Positions 12,643 to 21,850 of a stretch of DNA of 64,000 nt are shown in pieces. The notes under the pieces are model-generated. The model ran no database searches. It saw only the letters and a list, made by a program, of their open reading frames with translations, and was not told the DNA's origin. Position 1 is the stretch's first letter. Every line of letters starts with the position of its first letter. Source of the DNA: an uncultured Gemmatimonadaceae bacterium (GTDB lineage Bacteria > Gemmatimonadota > Gemmatimonadetes > Gemmatimonadales > Gemmatimonadaceae); the NCBI GenBank assembly GCA_963829055.1, contig CAWHHI010000003.1:320001-384000 (forward strand), given 5' to 3'. Position numbers and translations under genes: made by a program.

Positions 12643-12689
12643 AAAACCCCCGGTGATCGCTCTCGGGGAGAGCTCATCCCGGGGTTTCT
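12643..12689. terminator. Probable intrinsic terminator between convergent genes
   Basis: AAAAAACCCCCGG...CCCGGGGTTTC inverted repeat with A-tract between the SLT stop and the next gene's stop. Confidence 0.5.
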
Positions 12690-12706
12690 CGCGCGTCGCT
12701 GCGTCG

Positions 12707-12973
12707 CTATTTCTTTCGCGCCGCTCGCTTGGTGCCGCTCTGCTTCGCGGCGCGCTTGCGCGGAACCTTCGCGCCTTTCTCGCGGGCCTCGGAGAGCCCG
12801 ATCGCGATCGCCTGCTTGCGACTCTTCACCGTTCCGCCCTTCCCGCCACGACCGCTCTTGAGCGTTCCCTTCTTCCGGCGGCGCATCGCGCTTCCGACGC
12901 GCTTCGATGCCGCCTTCCCGTACTTGCGTCCGCCGGATCGCTTCGAGGTGCTCTTTCGCTTTGCCGTTGCCAT
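12707..12973 (-). CDS. Small basic DUF6496-like protein
   Basis: KGTLKSGRGGKGGTVKSRKQAIAIGLSEAREKGAKVP signature. Confidence 0.85.
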   Translation of the reverse strand: MATAKRKSTSKRSGGRKYGKAASKRVGSAMRRRKKGTLKSGRGGKGGTVKSRKQAIAIGLSEAREKGAKVPRKRAAKQSGTKRAARKK

Positions 12974-13071
12974 TGGCTCACCCGGATTGAGGTTGGCTGG
13001 CTAGCCTTGCACAGCCTCGTCCGGCAAGAATTGGCCCTCAGGCGTTGTCAGTCGCGCAGATATCGAGCGGT

Positions 13072-13101
13072 TGTCATCCCGGAGCGCGAGCTCGAGGAAT
13101 C
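13072..13101. repeat. Single arm of the REP-like family
   Basis: TGTCATCCCGGAGCGCGAGCTCGAGGAATC just past the HAD gene stop. Confidence 0.55.
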
Positions 13102-13118
13102 GAGCGACAGGCTCCGCT

Positions 13119-13732
13119 CTAGATCAGCACGCCGTACTGCGCGCAGCTCTCCGCGCCAAGCGACTCCGGATTCGTGAAGCGAATCGTGTGCATGCCGAGT
13201 GCTGCGGCAGGAGCGAGGTTCTGATCGCGGTCATCGACGAGCAGCGACGACCCGGGATCGGCCTGCGCGATCCCGAGCCCGCGCTCGAAGAACGCACGCT
13301 GCGGCTTGCGGACGCCGAGCCAGCACGAGCTGAGAAACGTCGGGAAGATCGCCTTCAGATCCGAAGCGATCGATGCGATACACGTTCAGCACCGCGGACT
13401 CGTTGTTCATCGTCATGAGCCGCACGCGACCCGACGCGGCGACGTGCTTCGCGATCTCGATGCGTGTACGGGTTCGGCTCGCTCAGCGCGAGCATGTACA
13501 ACTCGAAGTCCTCGCGCGAGAACAGGCGAGGCGTGTAGAACACGGTCACGTCGAGGTATTCCTCGAGCGACATCGCGCCGGTCTCGAACTCGCTCACGAC
13601 CTGATGATGGCGGTGCTCGAAGTCGTCTTCCTCGACGCCGAACTTCTCGAGCGCTCGTGCGCGCTGCTCGCGGTCCCAGCCATTCGTGCCGAGGACGCCG
13701 CCGATGTCGAAGAACACGTGCGTGAGGGCCAA
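13119..13732 (-). CDS. HAD-family phosphatase (frameshifted)
   Basis: LTHVFFDIGGVLGTNGWD (motif I), MNNES, SCWLGVRKP, LVDDRDQN; GGAG upstream of TTG start. Confidence 0.85.
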
Positions 13733-13785
13733 GTCCAGCTCCGCTGCGGTTGACCGGAATCTGCTACACGAGCCGTGACGAGAAC

Positions 13786-14190
13786 AGCAACGGCAACGGC
13801 AAGACAGGATGGCCAGGATCGGCAGGATTGGACAGGATGATGGCCGGCATTCACCCGTGCTCGCGCAACGCGCCGTGAATAAGGCGACAGCCGCTCGGGA
13901 CGCGACTCTCACTGAGAGCTGTTCCTAGAAACGTTAGGCGGTGCGGCAACTGCAACTGCAGGACAGGATGGCCAGGATGACAGGATTGAACAGAGCCTCC
14001 GTGTCGCGCTCGCGGTCCCTCCCGCAACGAGCCCAGATGAGGGGAACCGCGGCTCGGGACGCCACTCTCCCTGAGATGTGTTCCTTCATTCGTTAGGCCC
14101 CGGCGACACGCTCCCCGACGCCGAAGCGGTCATCTTCTCAATCCTGCCAATCCTGGCCATCCTGTCCTGCAGTTGTTGTTGTTGTTGTTG
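13786..14190. repeat. Composite repeat: two direct units of about 159 bp plus an inverted terminal arm
   Basis: GACAGGATGGCCAGGAT at 13803 and 13962, inverted (ATCCTGGCCATCCTGTC) at 14150; GCTCGGGACGCNACTCTCNCTGAGA..GTTCCT..CGTTAGGC occurs twice. Confidence 0.8.
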
Positions 14191-14206
14191 CTTGCTTGCT
14201 GTTCGT

Positions 14207-14779
14207 TCACACGCCGGGAACTCGCACCCACGTCAAATCTTCGATCCGCCAGCGTCCATCCTGTCGTCGTGCCAGGATTCGCCACGCGTTGCGACAATGC
14301 TCGCCGCAGCTTCGTCCGACGTAGGTCGTCGCGGTAATCCCGTCAGGCGCCAACCAGACCGGCGATAGCTCCACCAACCCGGCCGACCCCGAATACTCGC
14401 GGTAGAACGCCGCCCAGCCGTCAGCATTTCTCCGGAACAGGTCGGCGACCGCGTCCTCCGTCAGAGTGCGCGCAGGCAGCGACGGCGCGAGGCGCGTGAC
14501 GTCTATGGCGCGCGGGGCCGCGGATCTCGTGACTACAGACCCAAGCGGTTCGAGTGCGGGCCCGTTGGTCACGTCGGTTGCCCAGAGCACGAGACGCTGC
14601 GCATGCTCGCGACCGTTGAACAGCGAGTCCAGCGCCAGCCGCTGCACGGCGTACGTGGTGGTGTCATCAGCCTGACGCGTAGCGCTGCGGCCGCCGGTGT
14701 CCGTCGCGCATCGCGCGCCAACCACGAGCAGCGCTGCCGTCGCCGTCACGCGCGCCGCGTGGCGCGCGCGGATCTTCAC
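14207..14779 (-). CDS. Hypothetical exported protein
   Basis: MKIRARHAARVTATAALLVVGARC signal-like N-terminus; C-terminal YVGRSCGEHC motif. Confidence 0.65.
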   Translation of the reverse strand: MKIRARHAARVTATAALLVVGARCATDTGGRSATRQADDTTTYAVQRLALDSLFNGREHAQRLVLWATDVTNGPALEPLGSVVTRSAAPRAIDVTRLAPSLPARTLTEDAVADLFRRNADGWAAFYREYSGSAGLVELSPVWLAPDGITATTYVGRSCGEHCRNAWRILARRQDGRWRIEDLTWVRVPGV

Positions 14780-14786
14780 CGGCCGA

Positions 14787-15854
14787 TCATCGCCCGAACG
14801 GCGAGTACGCGATGCCGTCCGGACCGGCGCCGGTGGGCACGTAGCCGACGATGGTGCCACCCGCGATGTCGATCATGCGACGCGCGAGCTGCCCTGCAGC
14901 GCCACGAACGCCGTAGCGACCGTCGCGCGACAGCGATGATGCCCTCCGGCGACGGCGAGCCCGGGAATTCCGCCGTTCGGCCCGCACGCCCTCGGCCGGG
15001 ATCTTCACGGTCGCCCGGTCCTGTCGCGTCACCCGGTCGACGATGCGGACGACGGCGTTAGGCGGATCGGTGATGACGACGGTCCGACTGTCCGGCGTGA
15101 CGGCGAGACGGTAGGGCATCCCGAATCCGGACGATCGTGCCGCTGATCGTGCCGGCCTTCGGGTCGAGGATCGAAACGGTTTTCGCCTGGTTGCTGCCGG
15201 ACCCACACCTGCTCGCCGCCGGGCGCTCACCGCGATGCCCTCGACCGCCGGCGCGACGTTGTACTCGCGCACGAACTTGCGTCCCGGCACATCGATCTCG
15301 CTCACGGTGCCGTCGGCGATGTTGCTCGTGTAGATGCGCCGGCCGTCAGCCGTCAGCGCGAGCATGTGCGACGCCGGATGGTTCGTGGGGATCGAACCAG
15401 CGACCGTCCCGGCGTTGAAGTTCACGAGCACGATCGCTTTGCTCATCTCCGACGTCACGACGAAGAGCGAATCACCGGGCAGGAACGCCGAGCCGTGCGG
15501 GCGCCTGAACTCGCCGAGGTCGATCGTGCGCGTGACGACGGCGGCGGGCACATCGATCACCGTGAGCGTGTTCCCAGGTGCACCGCGCACGCCATAGTTG
15601 CTCACGACCGCCCAGCGCCCGTCGTGCGAGACGGCGACTTCGTGCGCGCCGTTGCCGGTGGGCAGCGTCGCGACGACGCGCTTCGAGGCGACGTCGATCA
15701 GCGTCGCGGTGTTGTCACCCATGTTGGCGACTATGACGGTGCCGCGCGCGGCTCGCCGCCGACGGCGTTCGGCGCGCTCGACGTGCCGTTCGACCTGCGC
15801 GCCGCTGGAACACGCGACGGCGGCGAGGAGCAGCGATGCGAGACGCATCATCAT
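14787..15854 (-). CDS. YncE/YVTN beta-propeller lipoprotein
   Basis: Lipobox-like AVAC; repeats LPTGNGAHEVAVSHDGRWAVVSN, MLALTADGRRIYTSN, VPTGAGPDGIAYS. Confidence 0.85.
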   Translation of the reverse strand: MMMRLASLLLAAVACSSGAQVERHVERAERRRRRAARGTVIVANMGDNTATLIDVASKRVVATLPTGNGAHEVAVSHDGRWAVVSNYGVRGAPGNTLTVIDVPAAVVTRTIDLGEFRRPHGSAFLPGDSLFVVTSEMSKAIVLVNFNAGTVAGSIPTNHPASHMLALTADGRRIYTSNIADGTVSEIDVPGRKFVREYNVAPAVEGIAVSARRRAGVGPAATRRKPFRSSTRRPARSAARSSGFGMPYRLAVTPDSRTVVITDPPNAVVRIVDRVTRQDRATVKIPAEGVRAERRNSRARRRRRASSLSRDGRYGVRGAAGQLARRMIDIAGGTIVGYVPTGAGPDGIAYSPFGR

Positions 15855-15872
15855 CGATTCATCACGAGTTCG

Positions 15873-17477
15873 TCATTGGCGGTTGCCCTGCGAGCTCCAT
15901 GCCACTTCTGCATTCAGACTCTCGATATCCCGGAAGATGCTGGCGACGGCCAGCGTGCGCCCGCCGCGCTTGAACCGCACCGCGACATCGCGCGCGGACG
16001 GATCGCCATCCACTTCGACCTCGTCCCACTGCTCGGCGTGGCCGACGTAGTTGATCGACACGTCGTAGTGCGCGCTCCAGAAGAACGGGACGTCGTCGTA
16101 GGGCCATCCCAGCACCGAGCATGTTGCGCGCGGCCGCCTGTCCCTGCCGTTCGGCGTGTACCCAGTGCTCGACGCGAATGCGCTCGCCGGTGTACGGGTC
16201 AGGGTACCGCGCGATGTCACCGGCCGCGAATACGTGCGGCGCGCTCGTCTCCAGAAACTCGTTGACGGTGACGCCGCGATCGATGGCCAATCGAGCCTGT
16301 TCGGCCAGACCGGTGCGCGGCCTAACGCCGACGCCGATGACGACCAGGTCGGCGGCGAGCGTTCCCGCCGCTCTTGAGCGTCACGTCGCGGTCGCCAATG
16401 GCTGTCGCCGTGTCCTCGAGGTGGAAGACGACGCCATGCTCCTCGTGCAGCGCCTTGACGAACGTGCCGAGCTCGGTGCCCATGACGCGCTCGAGCGGCA
16501 GCTTCTCGGGCGCCACGACGTGCACGTCGATCTCCGCGCGTTTCGAGCGACGCCGCGACCTCGAGGCCGATGAAGCTCGCGCCGATGACGACCGCGCGCT
16601 TCGCCGTCTTCGCCTTGTCGATGATCGCCCGGCTGTCGGCCGAGCGAGCGCAGGTAGTGCACGTGGGGCAGGTCGGCACCCGGCAGCGGAAGTCGAACCG
16701 GGTCGGCGCCGGTGGCGAGCAGGAGACGGTCGAATCGGTACGTGGCACCGTTCGCGAGCTGCACCTCGCGCTTCGGCGAGTCGAGCGCCGAGACTTGCGC
16801 GTCGTGCACGAGATCGATCCGATGCTCGGCGTGAAAGCCCGGCGGGCGCAGCGGGATCCACTCCTCGGGCGCGTTGCCGGCGAGGTAGTCCTTCGAGAGG
16901 TTCGGACGATCGTACGGCGAGTCGGGCTCCGCGTCGAGCATCGTGATGCGCCCGCTGTAGCCGAGCCGGCGGAGCATCTCGGCGGCGCGTTGCCGGCGGC
17001 GCCAGCGCCGACGATGACGATGTCCTCCGGTGCGCTGGCCGGATGGCGCGACGACGTGCGCGGCGTGCGCCGTCGCTCGCGTTCGCGTGACGCCGCGCTT
17101 CGGCTTCCTCACTCGGCGCGAGCGGATCGCGATCTGTCTTCGCTGGTGACGCGCACGCGATCGCCGGTGCGCTCGACGCGCCAGCACGCGACGGGGTTGA
17201 GTGCCGGCGCGCCGACGGCTTCGCCCGTGCGGAGGCTGAAACACGCGTGATGCCAGGGACACCGAACGGTGTCTTCGACGAGGAGCCCTTCGGCGAGCGG
17301 CCCGCCGTAGTGCGTAGCAGGTGGCGCCGATCGCGAAGACCTCGTCACCGCGTCGAGCGAGCAGCACGGCCTCGCCGTCCGCGTGACCGAGGAGCATCGC
17401 GCCATCGGCGAGGTCGGCCGAGCGGAATGCCTGACGCGAGATCCGGTCCTTTCAGCTCCTTCTCGCCCGCCACCCAT
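15873..17477 (-). CDS. Rieske 2Fe-2S / FAD-dependent pyridine nucleotide oxidoreductase fusion (frameshifted)
   Basis: [16 protein letters not shown] (Rieske); [48 protein letters not shown]. Confidence 0.9.
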
Positions 17478-17541
17478 GTCGCCCCTGCACACGCTGAGTT
17501 GCGGTAATCATATGCTCGGTCGCGAGCGTCCGTCACCAAGG

Positions 17542-17692
17542 AACTGCACTACGCAACGCAGAACGCTCAGGACGCGCAGATCACACAGAAACTGGACCCA
17601 AGAGACGAATTCGTTTCAAATGGCCGCTTCGAGGAGCCGATGTTTCTGCGGATTCTGAGCGCTCTGAGGCTTCTGCGTTGCGTAGTGCTGTT
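17542..17692. repeat. MITE-like element with 22-bp terminal inverted repeats
   Basis: AACTGCACTACGCAACGCAGAA (17542-17563) vs TTCTGCGTTGCGTAGTGCTGTT (17671-17692), 21/22 complementary. Confidence 0.8.
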
Positions 17693-17700
17693 TCAGCCGG

Positions 17701-18681
17701 CTACGGGTTTCGCACAGGAGATCCCTCGCTGACGCTCGGGATGACAACGCTGACGCTCGGGATGACAGCGCTGACGCTCGGGGCGACACCGTCGGGGTTC
17801 CGAATCCGACGCGAGAATTCCGGCGAGGTCGCGTAGCGGCGCGCCTGGACATTCACGCGGAAGCGGCGGCGCGCTTCGTCGAGCGAGATCGAGTTGTCAA
17901 TGAGGCCGAGGCTGTACGCGACACCGTCGGCGTAACCGGGCAGGATCGTCCGGATCCCGTGCGGCACCGCGCGCGGCACGATGCGGTTCACGTGATCGAC
18001 CATGTTGCTCGTGCAGTTGTTCGTCAGCGTGTTGTAGAACTCCGGCTTCGTCGCGAGCGCGTTCGAGCGGGTGAGCATTTCCGTGAACAGCGTTCGTGCC
18101 CGCGCCGGAGTGGTGCGGATCGGGTAGACGTACACGTCGTACCCGCCGTACACGGCGCGCGAGCCGATGAGATCGCGTTCGTCGCCGATCACGTAGATCA
18201 CTTCGAACTGGTTGAAGAGTCCGGTGAGCGCGCTGTACGTCTCGGTCGGCTCACGGCGTGCCTCGACCGAGATCGCGACGTACTGCGAATCCGAGAAGCC
18301 GAAGCTGACGAACGTGTGGGCCGGACCGCGCCAGGTCTTCGAGAACGGGGTGACGATGAACCAGACCGTCTCGAGCTTGCTCAGGTCGTAGTCGCGATCG
18401 TCGTACGCCGGCGTGAACTGCTCCTCGCTCGTGTACGTGAAGTTGCGCACGTGATGGAGGTGCACCGAATCGCCGCGAATGTCGGCGTGCGCCATGACCG
18501 CGTGCTGGGCAGCCCACGTGCGATCGGCGCGCGGTTGCATGACGATCAACGCAATCGCCCACGCGACGACGAGCAGCGCGACGGACGCACCAGCGAGTTT
18601 CCCAGCCTTCCTGACGCGCTTCCGTCCGTCGGCCGATGCGTTCATGCGATTCGTCCTCTGGTCGTCCGCCTCGTTATTCAT
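17701..18681 (-). CDS. DUF4105 (Lnb N-terminal-like) domain protein
   Basis: HVRNFTY, PAHTFVSFGF, ISVEARRE, PEFYNTLTNNCTS, ILPGYAD. Confidence 0.85.
   Translation of the reverse strand: MNNEADDQRTNRMNASADGRKRVRKAGKLAGASVALLVVAWAIALIVMQPRADRTWAAQHAVMAHADIRGDSVHLHHVRNFTYTSEEQFTPAYDDRDYDLSKLETVWFIVTPFSKTWRGPAHTFVSFGFSDSQYVAISVEARREPTETYSALTGLFNQFEVIYVIGDERDLIGSRAVYGGYDVYVYPIRTTPARARTLFTEMLTRSNALATKPEFYNTLTNNCTSNMVDHVNRIVPRAVPHGIRTILPGYADGVAYSLGLIDNSISLDEARRRFRVNVQARRYATSPEFSRRIRNPDGVAPSVSAVIPSVSVVIPSVSEGSPVRNP
17720..17788. repeat. REP arm tandemly triplicated (21-bp period)
   Basis: CGCTGACGCTCGGGATGACA three times (third degenerate), overlapping the DUF4105 3' end. Confidence 0.85.
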
Positions 18682-18739
18682 CGCTGTCGACGACGACTCG
18701 TCGTGTGTACAGGTTACCTCCCCGTTGACCCGCAACATG

Positions 18740-18850
18740 CCGGCCAGTATTGGTATCTGTTTGCGACGAAATATAATACGGACGAGGCGGCGGAGCGCGT
18801 GAAGTCGTTAGGCGGCCAGGTGCTGCACGGACCCGATGAATTACCCTCGG
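18740..18850 (+). pseudogene. Short remnant resembling a VOC/glyoxalase C-terminal segment
   Basis: YWYLFATKYNTDEAAERVKSLGGQVLHGPDELP, with no N-terminal domain upstream. Confidence 0.45.
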
Positions 18851-18939
18851 CACCGGTCCGGTTGATCCCCGACACGGGGAGCGCCGCGTTCATGACCAGT
18901 TCAGCCTCGCCACGCAGTTTCCGGCTACCTGGAACGAGA

Positions 18940-19804
18940 ATGTCCGTGCGCGCCATCATCACGCTGTTCCTTCTCATCATCACCACCACCGCCGCACGCA
19001 GCGGCGCGCAACAAACATTGACCGGAACCGCGGGCGCATCGGGAGATTCGGTGCGCCCGTCGCTGGTTGTGACGTCGGGGCCAACGAGTCGGCCGGAGTT
19101 CGGACGCAACACTCTCGCGATGGCGACGGGGGCGCTCGGCGCGGCTGTCGCCGTGTCGCTGTTCGACTCGCGCCTGCTCGACTGGAACGCGGCGGCTCGG
19201 GAATCACGCGGAGATGGACCGCGGCTCGGCCTTCGGAAGCATGATCGGCGGACCCGGGCCCATCGCGCTCGGTGCCACGCTGTATGCGGCGGGACGCGGT
19301 CACGGGCGACGGGTTCGTCGACGAGCACTGGTCGCGAAGTCATGCGGGCCGTGGTCGTGAGCGGCGGCCTCACGGCGGTGATGAAGGGGGCGGTCGGCCG
19401 GACTCGCCCGTTCGCATCGCCCGGCGACGCGGATGAGTACAACCCCGGCCACGGGTTTCTCAACAGCGTGCGCGGGCGTCGTTTCCGTCGGGTCACACGA
19501 GCGCCGCGTTCGCCACCGCGACCGTGCTCGTCCGCGAGATGGACGTGGCGCATCCGACACGCCGCTAGATCGTGAATCCGCTCTTGTTCGGCAGCGCGAC
19601 GTTCGTCGGCTTTTCGCGCGTCTACGACCGACCAGCACTGGCCGAGTGACGTGGTGGTGGGGCGGCGTTAGGGTCGATCACCGGATATGAGGTCGTTGCG
19701 CATGCCCACGGCGATCGCTCGCGCATAGACGCTCGGGTTCCTGTCGCACCTCGTGATTGGCCCGCAGAAGCAGTGGCATGCAGCTCGGATGGTCGCTTCG
19801 GTAG
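18940..19804 (+). CDS. PAP2-family phosphatase, exported (frameshifted)
   Basis: Signal peptide; MKGAVGRTRP, SFPSGHTSAAF and SRVY..QHWPSDV reconstructed across frames. Confidence 0.75.
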
Positions 19805-19849
19805 CAAGAGGCAGCGCGTAAGCAAGTTGGACGAATACTGTGTGCGGGC

Positions 19850-20824
19850 GTGCTGCTTGCCGCGTGCCGTGCGCGCTGTCGGTCAGGAGATGGGCACCGG
19901 GTCGCATGCTCGTCGGCGGCCCCCAAGCGGCAACTCGTATGGCGCGACTCGACGACCGCGTTCGTGTACACGCGGCCGCAGCCGTTCCACGCCGTGACCG
20001 GCGTCCCGAAGACGTTAGGCATCACCGCCCGCGAGACGTTTCGCGCGCGGAACGTCCCGATGATGCTGGTGGTCACGACGAGCACGCTGGCCCTCATCGC
20101 GATTGACGAGCCGGTGCTGCACGAGTCTCGTCGGTTGGCGTGGCGATTGGGCCTCCCGCCGAATCACCCGTCGGCGAACGTGCGCCTCGGGCCGTTCAAG
20201 ATGGCGTTCCCAACGACCGTCGGCTCCGGACTCTATTTCATTGGCGACGGGCTGACGAGCGTGGGTCTCGCGTCGGCGTTCGCCGCGCGCGGCGCGCTCG
20301 CCAACGACATGCGGGCGCGACGGACCGCGAGCGAGGTGATCGAGGCGCTTCTCGCGTCAGGCACGGTGGCGCAGGCGCTCAAGCACGTCGCCGGACGACA
20401 GACGCCGTCGGAGGCGACGGTGCCGCGCGGCCGGTGGCGACCGTTTCCCAACCTCCGAGACTACAGCGCGAACGTTCCGGCGTACGACGCGTTTCCGTCC
20501 GGCCACCTAACGACGACGATGGCCGTGGTCACCGTGATCGCCGGGAACTACCCGGAACACCGATTCATCTGGCCGGTCGCCGCTGTGACCATGGGGGCGT
20601 TGTCGTTCACGATGGTGAATAACGGCGTGCACTGGGCGAGCGACTATCCACTCGCGCTGGCGATCGGCACTGCCGTCGGGAAAGTCGTTGTCGCGCGAGG
20701 GCGGCTGGTGGTTCGTCGACCGGCAAACCCATCAGATGCGGTTCCGCCAGCAACCCACCAGTCGCGCGTGCACGTCACGCCGCTTCTCGGCGCGGGCGTG
20801 CTGGGGCTGCGAGCGAGCTGGTAA
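19850..20824 (+). CDS. PAP2-family phosphatase
   Basis: LKHVAGRQTP, AFPSGH, GVHWASDY. Confidence 0.85.
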   Translation: MLLAACRARCRSGDGHRVACSSAAPKRQLVWRDSTTAFVYTRPQPFHAVTGVPKTLGITARETFRARNVPMMLVVTTSTLALIAIDEPVLHESRRLAWRLGLPPNHPSANVRLGPFKMAFPTTVGSGLYFIGDGLTSVGLASAFAARGALANDMRARRTASEVIEALLASGTVAQALKHVAGRQTPSEATVPRGRWRPFPNLRDYSANVPAYDAFPSGHLTTTMAVVTVIAGNYPEHRFIWPVAAVTMGALSFTMVNNGVHWASDYPLALAIGTAVGKVVVARGRLVVRRPANPSDAVPPATHQSRVHVTPLLGAGVLGLRASW

Positions 20825-20830
20825 GCGACG

Positions 20831-21646
20831 CTACTCGGGGCCGGGCTTCACCGCGCGCGATCGCAGGTGGAGGCTGATCGTTCCGAACTTGAGGTGTGAC
20901 GTCATCTGCAGCACCAGATGATCCGGATCGTCCGAGATCCAGACCTCGGCGCGTCCGTCTTCCGAGAAGACGCCCTTCGCCTTGATCACCGGTCGGATCA
21001 CGAGAGCGGCGAAACGTCCGGCGGGAACGTCGATCGTGTCTCGTTGCAGGACATCCAGCCGCACCGGATTGCGGTCGGGGATGAAGTAGCGCTCAAACTC
21101 GTACGTCGCTCCGAGCTCCAGCGGCACGGTGCGAAGAAAGTAGAGGAACGAGCCGTCATCGAGCGGGTGCGACACGCTCGCGCGCTCCGGCTTCCCTTTC
21201 GCGATGAACGTCGCGCGCTCGGGAAAGATCTCGTACTCGTGCAGTCGGTCGTGCGACCCTTCCGAGAGCTGCTGGCGAAAACGCAGCGACGAGAATGTCT
21301 CGATGTCGATCCAGCTCTCGAGGATGTCGTTCACGCGAAAGAAGAGCGTCCCGCCGGTGACCTGAAAGCGGGTGTGCCAGGCTCGGCGTCCGCGCACTTC
21401 CTCGATGCCCAGGATTTCCATGTTGGCGCGCCCGACCCTGAGCGGTCCGAACTTCACGTCGTACGTGAGGCGTTCGCCAACGGTGAGCGCCTTCGAGGGT
21501 GGAACTGCGGCGGACTGCCCGCTCGCGACCCGCGGGCCCGCGGCGGTCGCGAGGATGGCGACCACAATGGCCATCGTCGACACCCAGCTCCGTTGGTGGC
21601 AAACGCTAGCGGGACGCGCCTGTGTTGCGTGTGTTGCACGCGGCAT
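20831..21646 (-). CDS. DUF3108-domain exported protein
   Basis: GERLTYDVKFGPLRVG, TIDVPAGRF, AEVWISDD..HLVLQM. Confidence 0.8.
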   Translation of the reverse strand: MPRATHATQARPASVCHQRSWVSTMAIVVAILATAAGPRVASGQSAAVPPSKALTVGERLTYDVKFGPLRVGRANMEILGIEEVRGRRAWHTRFQVTGGTLFFRVNDILESWIDIETFSSLRFRQQLSEGSHDRLHEYEIFPERATFIAKGKPERASVSHPLDDGSFLYFLRTVPLELGATYEFERYFIPDRNPVRLDVLQRDTIDVPAGRFAALVIRPVIKAKGVFSEDGRAEVWISDDPDHLVLQMTSHLKFGTISLHLRSRAVKPGPE

Positions 21647-21850
21647 TTCTGAAAATATCAATGGGAACTCGACCGGAGCTCACAGCATGGCACTCGTCGG
21701 TGTCGAGTCTGATACCCACGATCCAGCACGCGGGACGTAAACCGTTTGATCGTCTACGCGTGTCGGATAGGCGTGTCGGAGACGGGTGGTCCGGTCGCTC
21801 CTCCAACACGTCCGGCTTCTCGGGTTCCTCCATCCCGCACCGAGGCAGAC

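Noticed and set aside
13786..14190. Possible CRISPR array
   Set aside because: Only two direct units with a 159-bp period plus an inverted arm; no repeat-spacer regularity and no cas genes.
17720..17788. Possible mini-CRISPR
   Set aside because: 21-bp tandem units with no spacers, derived from the REP arm.
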